Positions 48,524 to 60,607 of a DNA stretch of 64,000 bases are shown here, one piece after another. The notes beneath the pieces are model-generated. The model was not told the origin of the DNA. It did not search any database and saw only the letters and a program-made list of their open reading frames with translations. A program made the position numbers and the translations under genes. Position 1 is the stretch's first letter. Every line of letters begins with the position of its first letter. The DNA comes from Marsupella aquatica (taxonomy: Eukaryota; Plantae; Marchantiophyta). The stretch spans positions 10,154,379-10,218,378 of the forward strand of contig OZ316894.1 in NCBI GenBank assembly GCA_973895155.1. Reading direction: 5' to 3'.

Positions 48524-50660
48524 CACCATACTGAACTGAGTTCCGCCACAATCCCCAACACAACAACGACCAATGGTGGGGTTTACCTGCATCTCCTGTC
48601 ATATCTCCTGAATTGCCTGAAACTCCACTGCAACCACTACCTCGAACTGTCCCTCCTGACCGGCTATTGGAAGCAATATCTCTAGCCTGCCGGGTTAAGA
48701 ACCCATTAATCGTCCTTTGGCGAACATCCCTCTTATCATCCTTAGGAGGTCTGCCTGACCTTCCTGACAGTACTGGTGCACCAGGCGGTGGCTTCAAACT
48801 CCTAGCCACTGTTGATAGATGATTTGTAGAGATGCAATGGGATTTCAGATTCACCTCCAGATTACGTTGCTTGGGTACCAAAGTGAACACATCGGAGCAG
48901 AAATGACACGCTACTCTGAACCGCTCTAACTTCTCCACAGGCTCCTTCTGAACATCACCTATAATGTAGAAGGTAGGGTTGGACACAGGCTCAGATTCAT
49001 TGAGCCTTTCAACAATCTGAACGTGCATGTCAAGAGTTGCACGATCATTCAAGGAAGAAGCTGCAGCCCTACGACTGATTTCAGTAGAGTCTACTCTCTG
49101 CCCCCTGTTATGTGCCACATTTTTGGCATGCTTTGGGGTGATCAAATGCTTCTGCTTGAAATTTGTGAAACAATTAGTGACAGACACCCTATCCATAACA
49201 TACTTAGATGATCCAGAAATATTAGTGTTGCACTCACAACACTCTATCTTACCACATGGAACACCACTAGTGTCCCAAGTTTTGACTTTCCACTTGTGGT
49301 CCTCACACTTTATGAAGACCATATGCTCCTTCAACTTGTCAACACTAGACACCCAGAGCTTGGCCAGGTCGTTTGACATAGTTGTTGACTGGAAACTCAC
49401 ATGTGGATCATCATCCACAGGTACATGCGGATGCTCATTAGGTATAGGTGAAACTGGGGGTGAAACAGGCAGAGGCAAGTCCTCCTGCCCCCATTGAAAC
49501 TCAGGCTCCACCCTAACTTCAGTGTGCCACTCTCCATCACTAATGCTCTTACTCAGAGCCTCAGCATTGGAAGCATTGCTGCTTCCAACATCAACCCCCA
49601 CTTTTTGGACAGGCATAGACTGTATTTTTGGGATGATGACAATCTTTCCATCACAATCATCAATGAGATTGCCTTTTTCCCAAGCAGCACGCAATCTACA
49701 ACCTCCCACGCTATCAATAAAATCAAAATCAAAGTCCCAAAGTCCCAAAGTTCCAAATCCACCATTTTTTGCCTAGCATCCGCCAAGGTCCATCCAGGGA
49801 GACAGCTAATAGTCCCAGAGTGTTTTCTGGTCCCTGACTCATGGTCAACGAGAAATACAGGCACAGGCGGCATGCAAAAATCACAGATTCAGACCTGCAA
49901 ACAATACATCGGACAGGTCACATACAAGCATTTCCCCACAATATACACAAGTCAATTACACAATCAACACTACCAAAACTTTTCTCCAAACATTTAATTT
50001 TGGCCAATGTGGAACAGTCTTCATGGTGTGGGGAATAAGCCCACAACCAATGGAATTCCACTTGGTTCATCTCAGGATGAACCATTGCCACTGAAACCCT
50101 GTGTGATGGAATGTCACAACAGGCTAACATGCAACATTCACGCAAGCTTCCATCTGCCATTTTAGCAGTCAGTAGACCACAGACATTTACTGTAGGCAAA
50201 TATGTACAGAGAGGTCAAGGAGGGAGTTGTCTATTTTGGTAGGGATATAGTTTCCCACCTACGTCAACCAAAAAGTCTGTGGCCAGAGGATTTTCCAGAC
50301 GTCCTGGATTTCATCAAAACATTCCTTTCTATTTTCCTTGTAGAAGTTTTCTTCATACAACAGAAGCCCCTTCACCACATGACAAAAGTGAAGAATGAAG
50401 GTCTTCACTGCACCGGATTTAATGAGGAGAAATATAACATTTCTATTGTACTTGACATATTTGTCCCATCTAATGTAAATCATTCTATCGCCTTGATCCA
50501 CAAAGAAATGATGCACGTTCAAGTAATATTCTTTGCAGAGAAGCTCTGCAATATGTATAATTAATTTTGAATTCAACCTCTTCAACTGTAACAGAAGATC
50601 CCCTCTGCCATAATCAGGCTCGGGTAATATCCACTTCATGTATGGATAAATCTCCAACAT
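48524..50660 (-). pseudogene. 5' part of the P-like transposase gene (zinc-finger-like N-terminus); upstream exons uncertain
   Basis: ORF 48426-49748 joins 34670 in frame (VQYGAV|IRPIKD) when the Gypsy and one TSD are removed. CCEC...H...H and CHFC...H....H motifs. Further ORF pieces at 49918-50660. Confidence 0.65.
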
Positions 50661-53600
50661 TGCCTGCTAAAACCAGGCAGAAGGCAATGAGTTATTAAAT
50701 CTAAACTGTGACCTCCCCAATCAAATACCCTAGTACAAAACACCTACAACAGCCCACTGCTTGGGAGACCACATCCATTGGACCAACCCCCAAGAGAGCC
50801 TTGCCCCATCCCGGCTGTTGCTCTTGGTGATTGGCTTCTACAGATCCAAGTCAGTTTTCTCCGAGACATCTCGGGTGGGAAGGGCGGACCCTTTGCTGAG
50901 AAGGACTCCAATGTCAATGTAAGCACTAGAGGGATTGGGGTCTGTAACATGCTCATGTGTGCTTAGCATGTACAGTCGGGTTTCCCACACTCCAATTCCC
51001 TCCACTCAAACACAGTGGGCTTGGACTCAGTCCCTATCAACCCTAAGTGCCCCAAGAAATTGGATTCCTTGACAATCCCGGACCAACCAAACCCTAACAC
51101 TTTGGGCTCTAATCAGGAATGCCATTGGCAATCAACTCCAAGGCCCCCCCCTCCCAGGCAACCTGCTCTCTCATTCAAGGGGCGCTAGACTGTTGGGTCA
51201 TCACTTCCAGCAAGTCTCCACCAGGGGCATTAGTTCCCTGGGGTCCCAGTGAACTTGAGGAACCTGCAGACCCACACTTGCAATAGCAGGAAGGGACAAT
51301 GCAAAAAAGACATGCAAAATTGAAACCTGTGACTTACCTCAGCAACACACAATGCCTGTCAGTTAGCGTCTGTGGAAACATTAGAGATACAGTAATCTAG
51401 AAGGAAATAGTACAAAAATCAAAATTGATTTGATACCTTGTGATGGTGGAACCCAACACTTGGGGGCGTCTGTCCTTCTTGACTCCCTTCCTGTGACTTC
51501 AGAGGAGTGTATGAATATCTGTGTAATGACACCAAAAAATGAGTTGAAGGAATATCTTTAAAAATAGAAAATAACCTGTTTGCTTGCAATTCCCTCCAAC
51601 AGCAGAGCTTCTCACAGACAAGCAACAACTGGATGATTCCCTTCAAATATAGCAAGACCTTGGGTGCACTACCGACAGGAGCAATCTAACCTCCCAGACT
51701 GCAATCGCCTTGCGTGCAACTAACCTCCTAGACTGCAATCGCCTGCAGTCTTTTGAGGTGGCATGGACAGCGCTGACCCAAACAAAAAACTCTGCAATCA
51801 CAAAAAAAAAATCAGCTAAAGAAAAATAGCACTCCACAACTCCACAGGCATCGACACCCACATTAAACAGGAAGCCCTAGATCGACATTAAATTGAATGC
51901 AAATAGAGACAATGAATGCAACAAAAGAGAGCAAGTGAACACAAGCACATTGATCGAGCACATTGGCAAAAGTAAGGTTGTAACCGGGGTCGCAACAAAT
52001 TGCAGCTCGATCAGTCGCAGCAAACTGTAGCTTAGTTCGATCAGTCGCAGCAACACCCAACGTTGTGAATTTGGGACCCTTGAAGGTTGGATTGTCTGCA
52101 GAAGCAGGCGCATGGAGGTCTGCTGCACCTTCCTTCCAAGGAAAGTGGCAATTCACCAAAAAACTCTGCACACAATGAGACAACAAATGATCCAAGAGCA
52201 ATTAATTCAAAAGCTGAGTAGGAAGTGGAGATTGGTTTAGAAAATGTTCATAGAGCACCCGCATTGCCTATTATCAAATGTGGTGGGCTTCATACCTTGG
52301 AAATCAATTTACTGAGTGGACGTCGACCGGGTAGGTCAACTAAGCGCAACCGCTCCCTCCACACTGCATAATCATTTCACTCAGCAGACCTGGACCAGGT
52401 AGGTGAACCCAAGCACAACAGGTCCCTCCACTACACCTGAAAAAAACAAAATTAGTAGGGAAATAATTAGTGAAGATATAACTACAAGGAAGTGGACCTG
52501 ACAGTAGTTCAGAGAGCAAAATGGTCTGAAAACAAAGTGAAGGCAAATCAGTGTGAAAGCAACTAACTAAGGCCAGACAGAATTTTCTCTCAGATCTTTT
52601 AGAATGGACTTCACACAGCATAATGGATCCTAAATTGGGCCTTACTCACACCGGTCACAATTGCAAAGTGGACAGAGCCTTACTCACTAACCAAAATAGT
52701 CCTCAGAAGTTTGTGCTTGATCATGATCCAAACCGGGGCAAAATCTGCACAACAAGAGTATCCGCCAGTGAGCTTTGTAGAATAAATGGCAGGAAACATA
52801 AAAGTAACTGGAAAGAGATAGGAAAACTGCATTACAACAATAGTATAACAGGCAAACTCAGAAAGCAACTCGCCATTCATGCAGACTCAAATGATGTACA
52901 GGAGAGTAGGCAATGGTGGGCGAATTGGAAGGTCTTGAGTCAACTGAGAAACGTAAACACCAGGCGGAAGGAGAGAAACTATAGGAGAAGGGAGGGCAAG
53001 GCGATGAAAGGAAAGAAATCTTACCTTTATGCAATGAAATCTACTAAGATACCTGCAGACGGCCTTATGCAGACAACTTCTGCCGCACAGCAGCACCAGC
53101 AGCGTTGCAACTTCAGCGGCACCTTCCACAGGCAGAAAGCCGGGCAGCAAGAGCGACAACCTCTGCACATGTTTGAGCCCTCACATTAGATGTAGTGGAC
53201 TGGCTATGGTTGTTATGCAGACGCAGAGGAACAACGGAGGAACATGCACAAGGCAGAGACTCAGAGCTGGCAACTAATGCGAAATCGCAAAGGGAGAGGG
53301 AAAGGCAAACACAGAAGCAAATGCATCCTCAATAGCAATGGTCGCAATGCCAACAATATCTACAATTCCAGCGTGACCTAGATAGCAAGGTGGTGAGAAG
53401 GATTACAATGTAGGGAAAACAAACCTGCTCGACAATGTCTCAACCCTGGGCTCAGCAATAGCTTTCACAATTGGGCTTTCTTGAACAACAGCGCACTGCA
53501 ACAACGCCAGCATGAAACCACAACAATGCCAGCAACCACAACAATGCCTTCGGCCAGCTTTGGGCTTTCTTGAACGCCAGCAACAAACCTCCCTACAAGC

Positions 53601-55073
53601 ACCAAACAATGCCCGACATTTACTAAACGGAATGCATCAAAGACAGGGAGCCGAAGGATAGTACCACATTGTCTAACAAAGTCATCAAATACACCATGAA
53701 ACTAAGTGTTTATAAAATCCCAGTCCAGACTTCAATGTAGGGTAGCAAATCCCGGGAGCAGATCAACGCAAGCACATCATGCAGCTCAAGTAAGGTGGTG
53801 GAAAAGTAACAAACCTGCTCGACACAGAATTCCCGACACAATAAGTGACACAATGTCTCAAACACGGGCTTAGCAAGAGCGAGAGCGACAGGTCTGGGCT
53901 TTTGTTGCTAAAACGTCCCTTCCTCCTTTGCGACGCAGTCTCTACAAGAGTGTCCAGCTTCACACAGCCCCGCACAGTGCTTTACCAAACAAAGTATACA
54001 GTAACTCACCACTCAATCGCCCTAATGCAGAATGTACTTAGGCCACAATCGTAGCATTCTTGTCACTCGCCAAGCTCATAAACTCCATAGCCAGATTGAT
54101 GTGGCGGCTACTTTGAAAGCGCGCCCTACGTACATAGAATATGTGCCAATCAATATCAGCTAAAGAAAACCAGCACTCCACAGACACCCGCATAGACATT
54201 GGCAGCCACATTTAGGTGCAACCAAATAGAGGCAATGCGCGTAGAGAAACATTAAGCAAAGCTCTGATTGGCAAGTTCAAATGATAGGAAGAAACCAAAC
54301 CTCTCGCACGTCGATAGCTTCCCGCAAATAGCACCTTCAGTAATGCTTGTCCTCAACCTGGTCTCGCCACTGTATTCCTTGATCAGCCTCGACGAAGCTT
54401 GCCTTTGTCCCAAAACCTACTTGTTGCCTTCATTGCCTAAGGGAACCTACGGAGATCCAGCACCCATTGACGACCTCCACTGCAGCATTTCATTCAAGGC
54501 TCCATAGCTCACAAGCTCAGTGCAGCATTGCCAAGCGGCAAGCTTCCAACTTCTCTCAAGCTTGCCCGTGGAATGCGCGGCAAGTCCCTAGTGTGTCCAA
54601 AAACCCTAAAGGACTTGGGCCCTCACTCCCGCCCTCACTACCCCGCGCTCACGTCCAAAAAAGCCTGGCAAAAGAGGATGGGCTTTAGGGTCTAGCACTA
54701 TACCCACTACTAACCAAAACCCCGCCCATAACCTTTCCCTTTGAACTATCCGGCAAACTATCCCCCAAACCAAAAAAAATTCCAAAATCCTTAGTCCTAG
54801 GTAGTACTAGTGCCATTTACACAAGCTTCAATAAGGACAAGCCACGTGGACCAATGATGTAATGACGCGTGGCCTCGGGTATTACAACCCCCCTTCAAGC
54901 AAATTAAATTGGCCCTGGATTTACATTACCCTGCACTAGTTATAACGTATGCTACACATACAACACACCCTTGTTGGTTATAACCCAATTATAAATATTA
55001 GTCGGAGTTTGGATTAAAAGCACCCTTCGGCCGTTCGCACGTCCGGCTCGTTATTAGTCGCTGGGGGCGGGGT

Positions 55074-57688
55074 ACCATCAGTTGCCAATTAGGCATTCTG
55101 ACAGGTCCAAGATAACATTCTGGGGGATTGATTCCTATGGCAAAGATCGTTTGTATCAGTGGTTGTTCTTACCATTTGGGTTGAAGAATGCACCAGCTGA
55201 GTTCCAAAGAGTCATGGATTGGATCCTTGCGGGTTTGGACTTTGTCAGATGTTATATTGATGATATTTTGGTTTATTCTTCTACTGTGGAAGAACATCAG
55301 AGACACTTGCAAATTGTGTTTGAGAGATTGAGGGAACATGGATTGAAGCTCCATCCTGGCAAGTGTAAGTTCTTTCAAGAGAAGATTGAGTATTTGGGTC
55401 ACACTATCTACCTAGGAGGATTGGGTGTGCAACAGACTAAGGTGGAGGCCATTACACAGATTCCTCGTCCTACTGATGTGAGCAGAGTTCGTGCATTCTT
55501 GGGATTGGCGAGCTACTATAGGAGGTATGTTAAAGGACTTAGCCAGCTTGCTAAACCTTTAACTGTACTCACTAAGTTGGATCAGGAGTGGATTTGGGGA
55601 GACAACCAGGAGCATGCTTTCCAAGAGTTGAAGGAAAGACTGGCGTCAACACCTATTTTGAGAAGACCCATTTCAGGGCGACCATTTTAGCTTCACACTG
55701 GTTGGAGTGGAGTAGGGCTTGGAGCAGTGCTAACTCATAAGGATGATGAGGGGAATGAGTTTGTTGTGGCGTATGCCAGTAGATCAAACAATTCAGCAGA
55801 GGCTAAGTATAGCTCTTATGAGGGAGAGTGTTTGGCAGCAATGTGGGCTGTGGCACATTTTCGTTGCTATTTGTTTGGTAATTTGTTCACCTTGATCACT
55901 GATCATCAACCTCTCAAGTGGTTAATGGAGTCTGACAAGCTTAGAGGGAAGCTTGCACGATGGGCATTGTTGTTGCAAGAGTATGATTTTCAGGTTGTGC
56001 ATAGACCTGGAAAAATGAATTTGGATGCAGATGGGTTGAGCCGCAATCCATGTACCAGTAAAGAGGATGAGACTGGAGCCCGATGGCATGATGAGACAAA
56101 TAAGGAGATGGTGCCAGGATGACATGCATCTGCTTTCCTTTGTTGGGTGCCAACATGCAGTGGATCTATAGACTCTACTTCATTGGATGGAGTAGATGAT
56201 GAGTCTTTAGATATGGATGTTGGTGATGTAGTTTTTGGACAGCAAGATATTCACAACGATGTGAGAGTGTTGGAATATTTGCATGGTGGCTCCATTGGTG
56301 GCAATGTTGATGCTAAGGAGCGTGATAGGGTCCTACAATGAGCCAAGAGATTTTGATGGGAAGGAAACCATCTTTTGAGGGTACTGCGTGATGGGAAGGT
56401 GTTGGTTGTACCAAAACCGTCACAACGAGTATATTTGGTGTGACATGCGCACGAAGAGTTAGGGCACTTTGGTGTGAAGCGCACTTATAGCTTGCTGCAG
56501 ACACAATATTGGTGGCGTGGTATGCACATTGATGTCCAGCAATTGATAGCTAAGTGTGTGGTTTGTGATCGAGTGCGAGCATCGTTCAATGCTCCCACTC
56601 CCCAGTTGCATCCGCTGCCGATCATGGGTTTGGGATATCGATGGAGTTTGGACTTTGCTGGTCCATTGCCTCTTACCCAACGTCACAACCGGTATGTTTT
56701 GGTTATAGTGGAGCACTTCTCCAAGTGGATTGAACTAGTGGCGTTGCCAGATAAAGCTAGTGGAGGAGTGGCTATCACATTTTTGGATCGAGTACTCAGT
56801 CACTTTGGAGCACCAGCTGAGGTGTTGACTGATCAGGGCACGGAATTTCGTGGAGATTTTGAGGGTTTGTGTGAGCGAGCTCTGATTGATCATCGTACTA
56901 CTTCTCGCGATCATCTTGAGGCAGATGGATTGGCAGAGAGAGTTGTACAAACTGTGAAGAGAGGATTGCGTAAGTATGGCTTGCAGGTTGGTCATTTGGG
57001 AGATTGGGATCTCCAACTACCTTGGTTAGCTATGGGCTATCGTTTCAGTCGACAAGCATCACTTGCATCCTTCTCACCTTATTTCTTGCTCTATGGTAGA
57101 GAACCAGATTTGCCAGCGGCTATTCATCGTGATGTTGCAACTATTGTGGATTTGGATGATCCAGATGTTTGGGTCAAGGTTTGTTCAGAGAGGGCATGAG
57201 TTTTTGACAGAGTCATGCCCATGGCCTTTGACAACCTTGCTATTGCCCAACATCGTGATACTTTGCGGTGTGCTACTATTTGTGGAGGAGGTTATCGCAC
57301 GAGGATTAGAAGATTTCATCTTGGCGATTATGTTTATTTGCAGCAGACAGCACCAACGATGCTTGATGTGACCGCAGGGCGGACAATCTTACGTGTGCGT
57401 GAAGTGTTGCCTTCTGGAGTCCTTATGTTGGAAGGACGTGATGGTATGGTTTGGAAGGATCATGTGCGTAATTGTGCACCATGTCATCTTCCAAACATTG
57501 ATGGTACTGTGGATCCAAGCTTGGCACATGTTCATGCTGGCTTGAAGTGTATGTTGTGTGGGTCTGCTCTGGGAGCAGCTACTATGTTGATTTATGATCG
57601 GTGTTCTAGAGGATGGCACATGTCGTGTTTGACACCACCCTTGCACATGATTCCTAGTGGATCATGGTTGTGTCCTCAATGTCGGTGA
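55074..57688 (+). pseudogene. Rest of the DNMT-Gypsy pol: RT, RNase H, integrase, PHD finger
   Basis: YHQL, LPFGLKNAP, YIDDIL, VAYASR, TDHQPL, HEELGHFG..CVVC, WSLDFAGP, TDQGTEF, DGLAER; several stops. Confidence 0.93.
57548..57688 (+). other. PHD finger at the integrase C-terminus
   Basis: CMLC...MLIYDRCSRGWHMSCLTPPLHMIPSGSWLCPQC is a C4HC3 pattern with the third Cys mutated to Tyr. Confidence 0.9.
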
Positions 57689-57851
57689 TGCCGACTAGTT
57701 ATCATTTGTGTTCTCATGGAAGATATAGATTGCAGGTAGGTGATTGATGGGCTCACTTGCACCCGACCTCCTGATCTTCACACCTAAAAAGGTGTATATC
57801 AACCTTGTAGAACTCATGGCTAGCTAGAGTTAGGGGACCTCACTCCTAGCT

Positions 57852-57861
57852 AGGGGGGCGA
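57852..57861 (+). promoter_or_regulatory. Polypurine tract of the DNMT-Gypsy
   Basis: AGGGGGGCGA immediately before the TG start of repeat B1. Confidence 0.75.
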
Positions 57862-57862
57862 T

Positions 57863-58467
57863 TGTGGGTTTTGGGCATGTATGGACATGGGTTCCATTTG
57901 TAGATCATTCTCTTAGGTTTGTGTCGTTAGATTGTGACTATGCTTGGATATGTGTGACAAACGATGTATGTTGTGTAGCGATGTGTATGCACACGACAGC
58001 CGTCACACCATTTAGAGTGGTAGTAAAGTATATCATACTATCTAGGTATAGAGGTTTTGTATGTGTGCTACATGAGCACTATGTTTAGTTTGAGTTGGTG
58101 TGAGGGATAGTTATCCCCTTGTGTTGGCTCAAAGGCCTCATCTTTCAATGTTGAGCCTTTGAGCATGAGCTTGGTGGCTATGGTGTGGCTGACCAGGTTG
58201 TGTGCATGTAACGTGGATTCCTTGAAGCACAAGGTGCGTTGGGCTTGACATACATGTGTGATCGCGTCGGATGGGATCGTTGTTAGATTAGCACCGATCG
58301 TTGTTCGATTTGCACTATTGAAGAAGATTATTGTGGGTTTTGGGCATGTATGGACATGGGTTCCATTTGTAGATCATTCTCTTAGGTTTGTGTCGTTAGA
58401 TTGTGACTATGCTTGGATATGTGTGACAAGCGATGTATGTTGTGTAGCGATGTGTATGCGCACAACA
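57863..58467 (+). repeat. 3' terminal repeat block B1 (57863-57998) - A2 (58001-58330) - B2 (58332-58467)
   Basis: B1 and B2 are 136 bp with 3 differences seen; A2 matches A1. Confidence 0.95.
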
Positions 58468-59753
58468 ATGATCTCTCAAATTCTTGACGAATAATCTCAA
58501 TGTCACACATTAGAAAGCTAGAAAGATTGGAAAAAACCTCATCTTTTTAGTACCGTGACAAAATCTGACATGGAATTTGTCAATGTCCGACTCAATGTTG
58601 GAAAAGCTAAACAAATTCATGAACTCATGATCAAAATTTCTTATACTCACACTCATTGGAAAGGCAAAGAAATTCAAAAACTCGTTTGGAACTTGACAAA
58701 ATTTGTCAATTTGATGCTCATTGGAAACCTTTCTTGATTAAGAGACATCACAATCTTGTCATCGTCACAAACTTAGCCGTTACAAATTGATTTCTTTGAT
58801 TACGTCGCCATCGCTTGTCCACAATGCTTGCTTCCCGGCTTGAATTGTCTCAATGTCAAAGAAACAATTGTTGGTCTCCCCCTCACACCATAGCTTTCTT
58901 AAATTAAAAAACTACAAATCCTTCATGTGAAGTGATGGCTCGTTCATTTTGTGCGTTCTTCCTGTCAAATTGACAAGCGCTCTTTTGCCAATAGTTGAGT
59001 GTTGTCCTCCAGTCTATCTTGTGGCTGTAATGCTCAATGTAAGTCACAAACAATCAATTAAGAATGGTACAAACATGATTTCTCCAATGTATAAGCAAAA
59101 ACCGTCCAAAAACTCAATTCCTCCATCTTCAACCTTTCGTTCGATAAATCTCCTCTATCTTTTGAGCGTTCTCTTTAATACGAGCACACACCAAGACCAT
59201 TGGGAGACTCAAAACCGTCGGTTACCGCCTTGCTAAAAATTGATTTCACTTCATCACACACACATTCATTGGATGAACATGGGGGTCCATGGATTAATTC
59301 CATTGTAACCATTCACCTGTCTTAAGAAAGAAAACTGTCTTTTGTTGGAGAGTTTGGCCACCTGCCTCCCATTAAGAGAATTAGAAGAAGTGTAAGAAAA
59401 GAGGAAAAAGAAAAACAGCCACACAAATAAGCAAAGCCTGATGTAGACTAAGTGGGCAAAGATGGAATTGTCCTTGCAAGGGCTGCATCAGCTGCAAAGT
59501 GAGGAAATGGTGGGGAGGTCAACTTTGGATGATCCAAAGGTCAGGAAGGGGGGCCACGGGCACCATTTATAATTATAATTGGAGAATTACAACCTAACAA
59601 TGAAGTCCTCGAACTAACACTCCTGTGAAATTGGCCCCTTTGGTGGACTTCCCGCCCATTGTATGTTGTTGGAGCATTCTCAACAATAACGTCCAACACG
59701 AGGTCAAAAAGTCTCCACTCTTTTCTCAAGTAATTGCCTTGGAGCGCAACGCT

Positions 59754-60094
59754 TGTTAGACATTTACTCTTACACCTAGAATTACTATTAGTTAAGTTAT
59801 AGTCAAGTGCTTGGTTACAGATAGATATACAACTACTACTTACACTAGTAGTACTTAGTTTGTGAGTGGAACTTAGGCTCATTATTACGAAGCCAGTTGG
59901 GAGATACAAAGAGCTTAGTTTGTGGAGATTCAATATGACCAATGAGTTTAGAGTTCAATAAAGCTCTCTTGTGTGTTGACATTACCTCAAGTGAGATGAA
60001 ACATGTATCGTCTATGTCAACTACTTGTATTTTTGGTGGATGGTGTGGACACATGTGCATGTTGTCTTATGAGTGATATTTGCTATACTCAACA
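59754..60094 (+). mobile_element. Degenerate solo LTR related to the Copia LTRs
   Basis: TGTTAG...CTCAACA; shares GTGGAACTTAGGCTCATT and CAATAAAGCTCT with the 344-bp LTRs. No clean TSD. Confidence 0.7.
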
Positions 60095-60237
60095 ATCGTC
60101 AAAGCTATGCAATGGAGTGGACCATACCCACCTATCCCGATCAAAATCCCAGTTAAGTTGGACAAGGTTCACATTACAGCCCAATTTGCTCACAAAATAG
60201 GTTGCACAGCCGGCAGAAGAAAAAACATGCTAAAGAA

Positions 60238-60607
60238 TGTTAGGTTATGCCTCTAGTATAACCTATATACTTCCATAGTACTAGCTATACTTTAGTAGAC
60301 TAGGATAGCAAGTGCTAGTTTGAGTTCCAAGGTCCCATAGACCATGGGAGGGGTTGTACCCATGGGGAACACAAACTTGTGCTCACACTTGAAGGTTCAC
60401 CCCTAGAGGAGAGAGAATGAGAAAGTGAGAGGAGGAGCTCTAGCACGTTAACTATGGCGGGTGTAATCATTTTGCAGTATTGGATTTCTCTCATGGCCGT
60501 GGGCGTAGCCTAGATGAGGTGAACCACATACTTTCAGTGTCAGAGTCTATCTATGGATATTCACACATGTTGATGTTGTCTCGTTTGGTCTACATCATAT
60601 CCCAGCA
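60238..60607 (+). mobile_element. Degenerate solo LTR
   Basis: TGTTAG...CAGCA with flanks AAGAA/AAGAG; shares the CGTGG.C.TAGCC...GAGGTGAACCAC motif. Confidence 0.65.

Larger units (their letters stand above)
30381..55065 (-). mobile_element. Large DNA transposon, P-element-like (about 10.8 kb without the nested Gypsy)
   Basis: TSD GGCGGGGT (8 bp; 9 bp if one G is added) at 30373-30380 and 55066-55073, splitting RT codons. Termini CCC...GGG with weak TIRs. DDE transposase on the minus strand. Confidence 0.85.
20973..58467 (+). mobile_element. Gypsy-type retrotransposon carrying DNMT3-like methyltransferase and PHD finger, split terminal repeats A...B-A-B
   Basis: Ends TGTCAC...CACAACA with ATGA on both sides (20969-20972, 58468-58471). 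Order gag-PR-DNMT-RT-RH-IN-PHD. The RT reads continuously (LDLRAG|YHQL) across the 30381-55065 insertion. Confidence 0.92.

Noticed and set aside
20973-58467. DIRS/Ngaro tyrosine-recombinase element
   Set aside because: The repeat layout fits, but the element has an HHCC-DDE integrase, a protease, a PPT and a TSD, and I found no tyrosine recombinase motifs.
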